Part shown: in pieces, positions 38,411 through 47,380 of the stretch | Position numbering within the stretch: position 1 is the first letter of the stretch | Layout of the letters: each line of letters begins with the position of its first letter | Assembly (NCBI GenBank): GCA_965541585.1 | Contig: CBEUCH010000009.1 | Span: 76,962-140,961, forward strand | DNA from: an uncultured bacterium | GTDB lineage: Bacteria; Zixibacteria; MSB-5A5; UBA10806 | Length of the DNA: 64,000 nucleotides | Direction of reading: 5' to 3' | Notes under the pieces: model-generated | The model's input: only the letters and a program-made list of their open reading frames with translations | Database searches by the model: none | Told to the model about the DNA's origin: nothing | Program-made: the position numbers and the translations under genes

Positions 38411-39456
38411 ACTGGAGAATTCCGGCCTACGTATTGGTGGCATCCCTTTCGGCCTACCTTACCTACCTGCTCGTTCCCCTGATAAAATCATATTGCCACA
38501 AGAGAAACTTTCTGGACCACCCGGGCCCAAGGAAGATACACTCGAATCCGATTCCACGACTCGGCGGAGTGGCTCTCGTTATCTCTTTCACTCTGGCAGT
38601 ATGGCTCGGCTTCGTCGCCAGCCCGGGACTATGGTATGAAAACTGGATTGGTATATCCGGAATCCTCGCCGGGGGGATAGTGATTTTTCTGCTGGGATTG
38701 AAAGATGATTTTAAGGAAGTTCCGCCTATCCAGAAGCTGCTCGTGCAGATCCTGGCGGCTTTGATTCCCGTTCTATGTGGAATCAGGCCGGAATTCTTGA
38801 ATATACCTTATTTCAAGGTCGTGCCTCTGGGACTCTGGAGCATACCCATAAGCGTCCTGTGGATAGTGGCGATAACCAACACCTTCAATCTTCTCGATGG
38901 GCTGGATGGCCTGGCTGCCGGTATTGGTGCGATCTCGGCCTTTACTTTTGTCATTCTGAGCATCGTTCTTAACCTCCCTCTGGCGTCGCTTCTGGCCGCC
39001 GGCATTCTGGGCGTTACCTTAGGCTTTCTGCGTTTCAATTATTTTCCAGCCCAGATTTTCATGGGCGATTCCGGCTCCCTTTTTATCGGATATATACTGG
39101 GGGTAGTATCCCTGTATTGGCCCAAGAGTTACGCCTCATTGGTGATGTTTGTTCCTATCCTGGCGTTAGGGCTTCCGATAATCGAGGTGGTAACGACTAC
39201 TATCCGACGGTTGGCGACCGGCAGGAAAATCTACGTCGCCGATCGGCGTCACCTCTTCCATTACCTGATGGAGCAAGGGTTATCACATCGAAGCGTGGTC
39301 TGGTTTTTTTATTTGATAAGTTTTCAATTCTCAATCATGGCGGTGGGCTTCGTCATAGGCAAGGTTAATATAATTCTTGTATTGGAAGGTGTATTTATTA
39401 TATTTATTGCCATATTTCTCTCCCGGAAAATACGGGCTGGAGGCGGGAATGGATGA
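38407..39456 (+). CDS. Polyprenyl-phosphate HexNAc-1-P transferase (WecA/TagO, MraY family)
   Basis: RKIH..PRLGG, DD, NTFNLLDGLDGL, PAQIFMGDSGS and DRRHLFH motifs. Confidence 0.92.
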   Translation: MNWRIPAYVLVASLSAYLTYLLVPLIKSYCHKRNFLDHPGPRKIHSNPIPRLGGVALVISFTLAVWLGFVASPGLWYENWIGISGILAGGIVIFLLGLKDDFKEVPPIQKLLVQILAALIPVLCGIRPEFLNIPYFKVVPLGLWSIPISVLWIVAITNTFNLLDGLDGLAAGIGAISAFTFVILSIVLNLPLASLLAAGILGVTLGFLRFNYFPAQIFMGDSGSLFIGYILGVVSLYWPKSYASLVMFVPILALGLPIIEVVTTTIRRLATGRKIYVADRRHLFHYLMEQGLSHRSVVWFFYLISFQFSIMAVGFVIGKVNIILVLEGVFIIFIAIFLSRKIRAGGGNG

Positions 39457-40432
39457 AAAATACTATCTCGAGTTTGAAAAACCGATTATCGAGCTCGACC
39501 GAAAAATACAACAGATGAGAGATCTTACCTCGACCGGCGACCGCGATCTCGAGGAGCAAATTCGTGTACTGGAGAAGAAAAGGAGCAAGATTCAATCGGA
39601 TGTCCATTCGAGGCTGTCCAGATGGCAGAGGATTCAACTGGCCAGGCATCCCTTGAGGCCATATACTCTTGATCTGATTGCTCTGATTTTCGACGACTTC
39701 GTTGAATTGCACGGCGATCGCTATTTCGCTGATGATAAGGCCCTTGTTGGCGGTTTCGCAATGCTGCAGAATATTCCTGTCATGATAGTCGGCCAGCAGA
39801 AGGGCAGAGACGTGAAACAAAGACAATTCCGCAACTTCGGCATGTGCCATCCGGAGGGTTATCGCAAGGCTCTACGTCTATTTAAACTGGCTGAAAAATT
39901 TGACAAGCCTATAATTATTTTCATAGATACACCGGGCGCTTTCCCCGGCATAGGCGCCGAAGAAAGGGGGCAGGCGGAGGCCATCGCCAGGAATATCAGG
40001 GAAATGTCGGTCATCGAGGTCCCCATCATTATCGCTATAATTGGCGAGGGCGCTTCCGGCGGGGCGCTCGGCATCGGTGTGGGCGATACCGTGTTGATGC
40101 TTGAGAATTCCTGGTATTCGGTAATTTCGCCCGAAGGTTGCGCCGCAATCCTGTGGAAGAATATGAACGATCCCAAGCAGGCTGAACAAAACAAAACCCA
40201 GGCCGCCGATGCTTTAAAACCCACCTCCGAAGATCTGATTGCTCTGGGCGTCGTTGATGGAATTATACCTGAACCTCTTGGTGGCGCGCACAGGGATTAT
40301 TCCGCCACGGCAAGGGCCTTGAAGCAAGAACTGATTCTCGAATTGGAAAAACTTATGCGTAAAGACAGGGAGACTCTGCTGGCGGAGCGGCTGAACAAAT
40401 TCAGGTCCCTGGGGGTTGTAAAGCGAGATTAG
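39449..40432 (+). CDS. accA: Acetyl-CoA carboxylase carboxyltransferase alpha
   Basis: LEFEKPI, ARHPLRP, PEGYRKA, AEERGQ, GEGASGGA and ISPEGCAAILW motifs. ATG 39449 follows GGAGG. Confidence 0.98.
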   Translation: MDEKYYLEFEKPIIELDRKIQQMRDLTSTGDRDLEEQIRVLEKKRSKIQSDVHSRLSRWQRIQLARHPLRPYTLDLIALIFDDFVELHGDRYFADDKALVGGFAMLQNIPVMIVGQQKGRDVKQRQFRNFGMCHPEGYRKALRLFKLAEKFDKPIIIFIDTPGAFPGIGAEERGQAEAIARNIREMSVIEVPIIIAIIGEGASGGALGIGVGDTVLMLENSWYSVISPEGCAAILWKNMNDPKQAEQNKTQAADALKPTSEDLIALGVVDGIIPEPLGGAHRDYSATARALKQELILELEKLMRKDRETLLAERLNKFRSLGVVKRD

Positions 40433-40444
40433 TGGAGGTTGCCA

Positions 40445-40609
40445 ATGCTTTCTGAAAAACTCCTTGAAATATTAGCCTGTCCCAGGTGTAAGGGGGATTT
40501 GAATTATGATCGGGATAACGATAAGTTGATTTGCGAAAATTGCAGATTGCGCTACAGGATCGAAGATGATATTCCGATTATGTTGATTGATGAAGCTGAG
40601 AAGTTTTAA
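40445..40609 (+). CDS. Trm112/YcaR family small zinc-ribbon protein (not in ORF track)
   Basis: MLSEKLLEILACPRCKGDL...LICENCRLRYRIEDDIPIMLIDEAEKF, 54 aa, with GGAGG RBS. Confidence 0.92.
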   Translation: MLSEKLLEILACPRCKGDLNYDRDNDKLICENCRLRYRIEDDIPIMLIDEAEKF

Positions 40610-40620
40610 CTGGAGGCTTA

Positions 40621-41076
40621 ATGATAAAGCTGTCGAGATTTTGTGAAGATGATGTCATATCGTTCAATCTGAAAGGCGAATCCAAGGATGAGATAATAGC
40701 CGAGCTTGTGGATTTGGCCGCCAACTCGCAGATGGTGAAAAACAAAGAAGATCTCTTAAAAGCGGTGCTGGATCGTGAGAAACTGGTAACCACCGGAGTT
40801 GGCTATCATGTTGCCTTTCCTCACGCCAAGACCCGCGCCGTGAAAGGAATTGTAATAGCCTTCGGCCGCAAGAATGAGGGAGTGGACTTCGATGCCATGG
40901 ACAGAAAAACAGTATATCTGTTTTTCCTGATTGCCGCTCCGGAGGACGCCATCGGCGCTCATCTTAACGTCATGGCAAAGCTCTCGTACCTGATGAAAAG
41001 CGAGAAAAACCGACAGAAGCTCATGAAGGCCAAATATAAGGAGGACCTCATAGAGGTTCTTGATTCTAACGATTAG
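40621..41076 (+). CDS. PTS EIIA (Ntr/fructose-type) domain protein
   Basis: RE-x-x-x-TTG-x-G, VAFPHAK (phospho-His) and GVDFDAMD motifs. Confidence 0.92.
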   Translation: MIKLSRFCEDDVISFNLKGESKDEIIAELVDLAANSQMVKNKEDLLKAVLDREKLVTTGVGYHVAFPHAKTRAVKGIVIAFGRKNEGVDFDAMDRKTVYLFFLIAAPEDAIGAHLNVMAKLSYLMKSEKNRQKLMKAKYKEDLIEVLDSND

Positions 41077-41874
41077 ATGTGGATTTCATTGAGGGGGATA
41101 TTAAGAAGTCCTCACTTCAAGCCGGTATCGATCGTGATAATCATCTCGATTGTCATGATCGTCATGCCGCTGCGGTTCAAAACAACTCTTTCCAGGCTGG
41201 GAGCGGTATCGGTCCTTCTCCCGCTTATAGAGATCGATAAATATCTCCTGAGAATAGATAATACCTTTGAAATAAATAGACATCTCAATCGAAAACTCGA
41301 TTCGCTATCAGTGCAGATATCTTCGCTGATAGAGTACAGGTATGAAAACGAACGGCTCAGAACGATGCTGGGCTTCGACCTGAATCTCCCGTATTACCTC
41401 GTTCCGGCAGAAATTCTCGCAGTATCGCCTACCAGCAGGTTTAAATCAGTTCTTATCGATGCCGGTACGGAGAGAAGGGTAGATATTAATATGCCGGTCA
41501 TCTCGCCGTCCGGAATCATTGGCAAGACAGTGGCCGTGGATAAAAGAGCCTCTACTGTTCAGCTTCTACTGGATCCGAACTGCAAGGTTGCCGCCCGGGT
41601 CCAGAAAAGCCGGGCCTCTGGAATAGTCAGCTATCTGGGAGGGCCATATCTTTCCCTGACGAATATCCCGGTCGACCAGCAGGTTTCTGCAGGCGATGCA
41701 GTCATTTCGTCCGGTTTAGGTGGAATATTCCCGCAGGGGCTGTTCATCGGGACGGTGGTTAAATCTGAAGGAAGAGAGGGGGAGTTGTTCCTTGACATCC
41801 TCATCAAGCCGGGCGCTGATTTCTCCATTCTGGAGGAGGTTTTCGTCATAGTCTCCTCCATGGAAAGCCAATAA
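41077..41874 (+). CDS. mreC: Rod shape-determining protein MreC
   Basis: N-terminal TM helix, ENERLR-x-ML and SSGLGGIFP-x-GL-x-IG motifs. Confidence 0.94.
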   Translation: MWISLRGILRSPHFKPVSIVIIISIVMIVMPLRFKTTLSRLGAVSVLLPLIEIDKYLLRIDNTFEINRHLNRKLDSLSVQISSLIEYRYENERLRTMLGFDLNLPYYLVPAEILAVSPTSRFKSVLIDAGTERRVDINMPVISPSGIIGKTVAVDKRASTVQLLLDPNCKVAARVQKSRASGIVSYLGGPYLSLTNIPVDQQVSAGDAVISSGLGGIFPQGLFIGTVVKSEGREGELFLDILIKPGADFSILEEVFVIVSSMESQ

Positions 41875-42359
41875 TGCCTAATTTTTATTTATTCGCCAGC
41901 TGGTTTTTTATTATCTTCTGCCAGGTAGTGATAGCGCCCCGTCTGGCTATTGGCGAAATATACCCCGATATCCTTCTGGCAACCGCTGCTTTTATAGGAA
42001 TGAGAAGTGGGTGGAAAATGGGATTATGGTTCGGTTTCGCCACCGGATTGACCATCGGTTTGCTTGATCCCCGCAACCTGGGATGGATAACTCTGCTGGT
42101 CTCGTTAGCGGGTCTCGGGGCTGGAACGATTAGAGAGAAGATCTATGTCGAAAACAGCTTTTATCAGACCGTAATGGTGCTGGCCATTGTCTTCGTTTAT
42201 CAGATCCTCTTTCACTTCGTAAGCTGGCCGGGCTACTTTTTTGACAACCTTCTGGGATCCTTATCCGAATCGTTCCTGACAGCGGTTTATTCGGCCTTAA
42301 TAGGCGGTCTTGGTCTGCTGTTGTTAAGGCAACGGTATCGCTTGAAGGAGCTTCTATGA
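41874..42359 (+). CDS. mreD: Rod shape-determining protein MreD
   Basis: Hydrophobic with PD-I-LL and GF-x-x-GL motifs. Located between mreC and mrdA. Confidence 0.85.
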   Translation: MPNFYLFASWFFIIFCQVVIAPRLAIGEIYPDILLATAAFIGMRSGWKMGLWFGFATGLTIGLLDPRNLGWITLLVSLAGLGAGTIREKIYVENSFYQTVMVLAIVFVYQILFHFVSWPGYFFDNLLGSLSESFLTAVYSALIGGLGLLLLRQRYRLKELL

Positions 42360-44173
42360 TCGCAGATAGCCAAGAAAGACGCAGATCGAACTATTATGTT
42401 CTCCTGGCCGGAATAATTATATCCGTGCTATTTATCGTGGTCAAGCTATTCGGCATGCAGCTCTTCTCAGGCGGCTTTTATAGAAAAGCCTCAGAGCAAA
42501 ACGGGGTGCGCATGGTTCCGATTCAGGCTCCTCGCGGAATAATAACCGACCTTCACGGGACCGTGCTCGTAAAGAATCGTCCCTCTTACTCAATCTATCT
42601 GGTTCCCTACGAAGTGAATAGCATCGATTCTGCGTCAATCAATCTCGGCCGGGTGCTGAATCGGGAGCCGGAAGAGATAAAAGCCCGGATCAAATTGGGC
42701 TGGCAGGGCCGCTTTCAACCGATCCGACTAAAACGCGATCTCCAGTTCGAGACCGTTTGCTATATCGAGGAGCATGCGTTGGAGTTCCCGGGCATAATTT
42801 TTCAGGTCGAACCGACTAGGTTATATCCTGAGGATAATTCTGGCTCTCATATCTGGGGCTACGTCGGCGAAGCAACGGAAGATGATCTTGCCAATGATGA
42901 TATCGGGAGTTATTCCCTGGGAAACGTTATCGGCAAAGAAGGACTTGAAAAACAATATGAGCGTTACCTGCGGGGGCAGGACGGCTTAAAATATCTGGAG
43001 GTCACCGCCGGAGGAAGGATCCTCGGTGAGCTACCCGACAAGGAGAGAATCAGCCCCGTAAGAGGATCTGCACTTGAGCTGGAGATCGACTGGGAGCTGC
43101 AAGAGATAGCTGAACGAGAGCTGGCCCTTTACGGTTCAGGCGCCGTGATTGCAATCGATCCCCGCAATGGCGGAGTACGAGTATTGGCATCGGCTCCCAA
43201 TTTCGATGCCAATCTGTTTTCCGGCGTGATATCCAGGGAAGTCTGGGAAGCCGTTTCATCGGATTCCCTTCACCCTCTATTCAACAGAAGTATAAAGGGG
43301 ACCTACCCGCCGGGGTCCACGATGAAACCGTTCACCGCCGCCGCCGGACTCGAAAATGATATTATAACAGTGGAAAGCGTTTTCGATGCCTGTCGAGGAG
43401 CGAAGAAATTTGGCAATAGAGTATTCAGATGCTGGCGTCCCGGAGGTCATGGAAAGCTTAACATCGTCGGTGCCATAATACAGTCCTGCGACGTCTATTT
43501 TTATCAGCTCGGTGTGGAATCAGGGCTGGATTTCTGGAGTTTAATGGCGCAGGATTGCAGATTCGGGGTGACAACGGGAGTTGATCTTCCGGGTGAGCTC
43601 ACGGGGCTGGTTCCCTCAGAGGATTATTTCGATTCGAGATATGGGGTGGATGGCTGGACGAGATATCTGATCTTGAACCTTGCCATCGGGCAAGGAGAGC
43701 TTCTTGTAACGCCGATACAGATGGCAGTGCTGTTCGCCGCGCTGGGAAACGATGGCATTGTTTACAAACCGAGGATCGTCTCCAGGATCATCTCCCCTGA
43801 GAGTGATTCTCTGAAAATCGAGCCGGAGATAACGGGTCAGTTGCCTATAAGCGAGGAAAATATGGACATCCTTCATCAGGGACTCCTCGGTGTCGTCGCT
43901 GGCGAACACGGAACAGCGCGCTCTGTCGCATCTATCGGCGTATCGGTTGCTGGAAAGACGGGGACGGCTCAAAACCCGCACGGTGACGACCACTCCTGGT
44001 TTGTTTGTTATGCGCCGGCCGAAGCTCCGGAAATCGTCGTGGCTGTGGTGGTCGAAAACGCCGGTCACGGTAGCACCGTCGCGGCTCCGCTGGCTAAAAA
44101 AATCTTGGAAAAATATTTCGAGAATGCGCCGGTGGCTTCAGACCCTCGAGATACTTTGAATGCCCGGCCATGA
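42356..44173 (+). CDS. mrdA: Penicillin-binding protein 2
   Basis: APRG, YPPGSTMK (SxxK), SCD (SxN-like) and KTGTAQ motifs. Confidence 0.95.
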   Translation: MIADSQERRRSNYYVLLAGIIISVLFIVVKLFGMQLFSGGFYRKASEQNGVRMVPIQAPRGIITDLHGTVLVKNRPSYSIYLVPYEVNSIDSASINLGRVLNREPEEIKARIKLGWQGRFQPIRLKRDLQFETVCYIEEHALEFPGIIFQVEPTRLYPEDNSGSHIWGYVGEATEDDLANDDIGSYSLGNVIGKEGLEKQYERYLRGQDGLKYLEVTAGGRILGELPDKERISPVRGSALELEIDWELQEIAERELALYGSGAVIAIDPRNGGVRVLASAPNFDANLFSGVISREVWEAVSSDSLHPLFNRSIKGTYPPGSTMKPFTAAAGLENDIITVESVFDACRGAKKFGNRVFRCWRPGGHGKLNIVGAIIQSCDVYFYQLGVESGLDFWSLMAQDCRFGVTTGVDLPGELTGLVPSEDYFDSRYGVDGWTRYLILNLAIGQGELLVTPIQMAVLFAALGNDGIVYKPRIVSRIISPESDSLKIEPEITGQLPISEENMDILHQGLLGVVAGEHGTARSVASIGVSVAGKTGTAQNPHGDDHSWFVCYAPAEAPEIVVAVVVENAGHGSTVAAPLAKKILEKYFENAPVASDPRDTLNARP

Positions 44174-45375
44174 ATAAGACTTTCGATCTCAGAATATTTA
44201 TTCCGGCCTTCATCTTGAGCCTTATAGGAATCCTGCTTGTCTACGCCGCCACATACTATTCACCGTTGCCGGATGTAAAAGCCCTCTACCAGAAACAATT
44301 AATATGGTTCGGGGCAGGGCTGGTTGTCTGCATCGCTATTTTTCTTATTCCTTTAAAGATCCACGAGGCCTTCGCATACGTTTATTACTTTCTGGCGATA
44401 TTGCTGCTCGTTATCTTGCTGGCCTCCTCGAGAGGATCGACATCCCGATGGTTTCATCTCGGGCCGTTCAATATCCAGCCGGCAGAATTAGCTAAGCTGG
44501 CCGTGGTGCTGGCTCTCTCCAGGTTCCTGGGATTCGGCAAGGCCCGGCTGGAGGAATTCAAATGGGTCATTATTATGCTTGCGATTATTGCCGTGCCCGC
44601 AGGGTTAATTATCCTGCAGCCTGATCTCGGTAGTTCCCTGGTATTTTTCACTCTGTTCTTCGCCTTGATCCTGTGGTCCGGAATGCCACTGAACAGGTTA
44701 TTTCTGATAGTGACTCCGGTCCTGAGTATCATCTTTGCTTTTCATTGGCTTTCCTGGGCGGTTTTTTTCTTCGTTATCCTGATACTGATTTTTCTCTCCC
44801 GTCTCCGTATCTGGCAGGGAGTATTTTTCTTTTTTGCCAATCTTTCAATTGGAATGGTTACCCCTTTGATATGGAATAATCTGCACGGGTATCAGAAGAT
44901 GCGAATCATAACGTTTCTTGATCCCGGCCAGGATCCGCGTGGCGCCGGCTACCAGATTATACAGTCGAAAATAGCTGTCGGGGCCGGCGGATTGTTCGGC
45001 CAGGGATTTCTGCAGGGAACCCAGACCAAGCTCAATTTTCTCCCTGAGCGGCATACCGATTTCATATTCTCCGTTCTTGCGGAACAATTCGGTTTCATCG
45101 GCTGTATGATCGTGCTAATTTTATTTGTTTTGCTTTTCTACAGGGGATTTGCCGTGGCCTTGAAGGCTCGCAACCAGTTCTACAGCTTTGCCGCCTGTGG
45201 ACTCACCGCAATTTTGCTCTTCCAGGCCCTGGTCAATATCGGCATGTCCCTGGGCCTTATGCCGGTGACGGGCCTGCCGCTTCCATTTTTGAGTTACGGC
45301 GGATCGTCGCTTATATTCTTCTGGGCGGCCATCGGCTTCTTACTGGCGTTTAACAGAGATTGGCAGGAGTACTGA
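44170..45375 (+). CDS. rodA: Rod shape-determining SEDS protein RodA
   Basis: QPAELAK, QPDLG, GYQIIQS, LPERHTDFIF and LPFLSYGGSS motifs. Confidence 0.96.
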   Translation: MNKTFDLRIFIPAFILSLIGILLVYAATYYSPLPDVKALYQKQLIWFGAGLVVCIAIFLIPLKIHEAFAYVYYFLAILLLVILLASSRGSTSRWFHLGPFNIQPAELAKLAVVLALSRFLGFGKARLEEFKWVIIMLAIIAVPAGLIILQPDLGSSLVFFTLFFALILWSGMPLNRLFLIVTPVLSIIFAFHWLSWAVFFFVILILIFLSRLRIWQGVFFFFANLSIGMVTPLIWNNLHGYQKMRIITFLDPGQDPRGAGYQIIQSKIAVGAGGLFGQGFLQGTQTKLNFLPERHTDFIFSVLAEQFGFIGCMIVLILFVLLFYRGFAVALKARNQFYSFAACGLTAILLFQALVNIGMSLGLMPVTGLPLPFLSYGGSSLIFFWAAIGFLLAFNRDWQEY

Positions 45376-46211
45376 TGTATCCTGAACTCCTCGAATTCTT
45401 GGGGATAAGTTTTATCCGTTCCTATGGCGTAATGCTGGCAATTGGATTTCTGATCGGCATTATCTGGGCCAGAGGGCGGGCCGTCAAAACAGGCATTCCA
45501 CCGGAACATGTTATCGACTTGTCCTTTGTTGTGCTTATCTCATCTATTGTCGGTTCACGGTTGTTTTACGTGATCTATCATCTCGATGAGTTCGCCGATA
45601 ATCTCTTTGATATAGTCAATCCGTTTCAGGGAGGATCGGTCGGAATATCCGGATTATCCATGATGGGGGGAGTAGTTCTGGCGTTGATATCGGCCTACTT
45701 ATTCTTCGTCATCAGGCGCCTGCGGCCGTGGGGTATTCTTGACGCCATGATGCCTATGTTTGCCCTGGGAATAGGAATTGCCCGGATCGGATGTTTCTTA
45801 AACGGATGCTGCTATGGCCTGCCGGCTCATGGCCATCTCGGGGTGATATTTCCTCCGAACTGCGCCGCCGGATTTCATTTCCCTGATACGCCTCTCATAC
45901 CCGTTCAACTTTACTCGTCGCTGGCCGGTATCGCCATATTGCTGATCGTCCTCGGGAGCGAAAAATTCAAGAAGTTCGACGGCCACTCGTTCTGGCTTAC
46001 GATCGCTCTATATTCTGTATGGCGTTTTGTGATCGACTTTTTCAGATATTACGAGGATTCCATGGTAGTCGCCATAATAGGCGATCAGCAATTCTCACTC
46101 AATCAGGCTCTTTCGCTTTTCTTATTCGTTGGTTCAATCACAGCTTATCTGGTAATGTATTCCCGAGGAAGAAGCAAAACCGGGGTTTTACATAATGAGC
46201 GTTCTTCATAA
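45375..46211 (+). CDS. lgt: Prolipoprotein diacylglyceryl transferase
   Basis: SYG, GSRLFY, RIGCFLNGCCYG, P-x-QLY and RF-x-IDFFR motifs. ATG overlaps the rodA stop. Confidence 0.9.
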   Translation: MYPELLEFLGISFIRSYGVMLAIGFLIGIIWARGRAVKTGIPPEHVIDLSFVVLISSIVGSRLFYVIYHLDEFADNLFDIVNPFQGGSVGISGLSMMGGVVLALISAYLFFVIRRLRPWGILDAMMPMFALGIGIARIGCFLNGCCYGLPAHGHLGVIFPPNCAAGFHFPDTPLIPVQLYSSLAGIAILLIVLGSEKFKKFDGHSFWLTIALYSVWRFVIDFFRYYEDSMVVAIIGDQQFSLNQALSLFLFVGSITAYLVMYSRGRSKTGVLHNERSS

Positions 46212-46941
46212 AACCTCCGAGTTTGCCAGGTCTCTCTACAACGATCTCAAGGAATTCCTTTCACCCTCGTTTTGTCTTGGCTGTAACGGCGACATCCTCT
46301 CTGATGATCCGCTTCTGTGTGAATCCTGTATCGAAACTCTAAAGAAAACAAATGCGGGGGAGGGTCCGATCTGTCCTTTCTGCGGTCGCCCGGATGGAAT
46401 CGGCGATCGCTGCCGCTTTTGCAGGAAACAAGAAAAAATCAAATTATTTTTTTCGGGAGTATATGATGGGCTGTTGAAGGATTGCCTGGTGCAATTCAAA
46501 TTCAACGGTGCAATTGATCTCGGTTGCCGCCTGGCAGAAATGGCGGTTGACTCTCTTCATCAAAGGATCTCCGGCAACCATTATGATATGGTCGTCCCCG
46601 TTCCTCTTCATAGATCGCGGCGTCGCGAACGCGGTTTCAACCAATCTGAAATACTGGCCCGTCGCCTTGCCGACCTTCTTCATTTAGAATTGAATACGGA
46701 GATTCTCAAACGCATAAGGCCGACCCAACAGCAGGCCATGCTTGAAGAAAGCGAGAGATGGGAGAATGTCAGGGGTGCGTTCGGGTTGGCTGATATGGGT
46801 GAAGCATCTCTATCGGGAAAAGCGATTCTCCTGGTTGATGATATCGTTACTACAGGCGCCACGATTTGTGAAGCGGCGAAACCTTTGCAGGCCGGAAATC
46901 CGTCGCTGGTGGACGTCTTCTGCCTGGGATACGCAAGATGA
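46195..46941 (+). CDS. comF: ComF family amidophosphoribosyltransferase-like protein
   Basis: Double zinc ribbon, VPVPLH, RGFNQS and LVDDIVTTGAT motifs. Confidence 0.92.
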   Translation: MSVLHKTSEFARSLYNDLKEFLSPSFCLGCNGDILSDDPLLCESCIETLKKTNAGEGPICPFCGRPDGIGDRCRFCRKQEKIKLFFSGVYDGLLKDCLVQFKFNGAIDLGCRLAEMAVDSLHQRISGNHYDMVVPVPLHRSRRRERGFNQSEILARRLADLLHLELNTEILKRIRPTQQQAMLEESERWENVRGAFGLADMGEASLSGKAILLVDDIVTTGATICEAAKPLQAGNPSLVDVFCLGYAR

Positions 46942-47372
46942 CAGAAAGACCGAAATTTAAGATCGTCGAGGATACAACCTCGGCGGATTTTGTCTTCGAG
47001 GCCTACGGCGTCAGCATCAACGAATTATTCGCCAATTGTGCCCTGGCCTGCTTTTTCGCCATGACCGATACGGCCGGCGTCGACCCGGTTACAAGCTTTG
47101 ACGTGGAAGTAAAAGGGGAAACCATCGAAGATCTTTTATATAACTTCATGGCCGAAATCATATTCATAAAGGATGCTGAGAAAGTCTTTCTCTCGCAATT
47201 CGATATAGATATTTCGCTCAACAATACCATATTGAAAGCGGTTGTCAGGGGTGAAGGGATCGATTATAATAAACATACGATAAAGACCGATGTGAAAGCG
47301 GTCACTTATCATGATCTTCATGTACGGGCCGAAAAGGAGGGCTATTCGGCTCGCATGATTCTGGATCTTTAG
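46938..47372 (+). CDS. Archease
   Basis: T-S-AD N-terminal motif, ELF-x-N-x-A-x-A, and KAVTYH..ILDL C-terminus. Directly upstream of rtcB. Confidence 0.9.
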   Translation: MTERPKFKIVEDTTSADFVFEAYGVSINELFANCALACFFAMTDTAGVDPVTSFDVEVKGETIEDLLYNFMAEIIFIKDAEKVFLSQFDIDISLNNTILKAVVRGEGIDYNKHTIKTDVKAVTYHDLHVRAEKEGYSARMILDL

Positions 47373-47380
47373 GAGATGAC

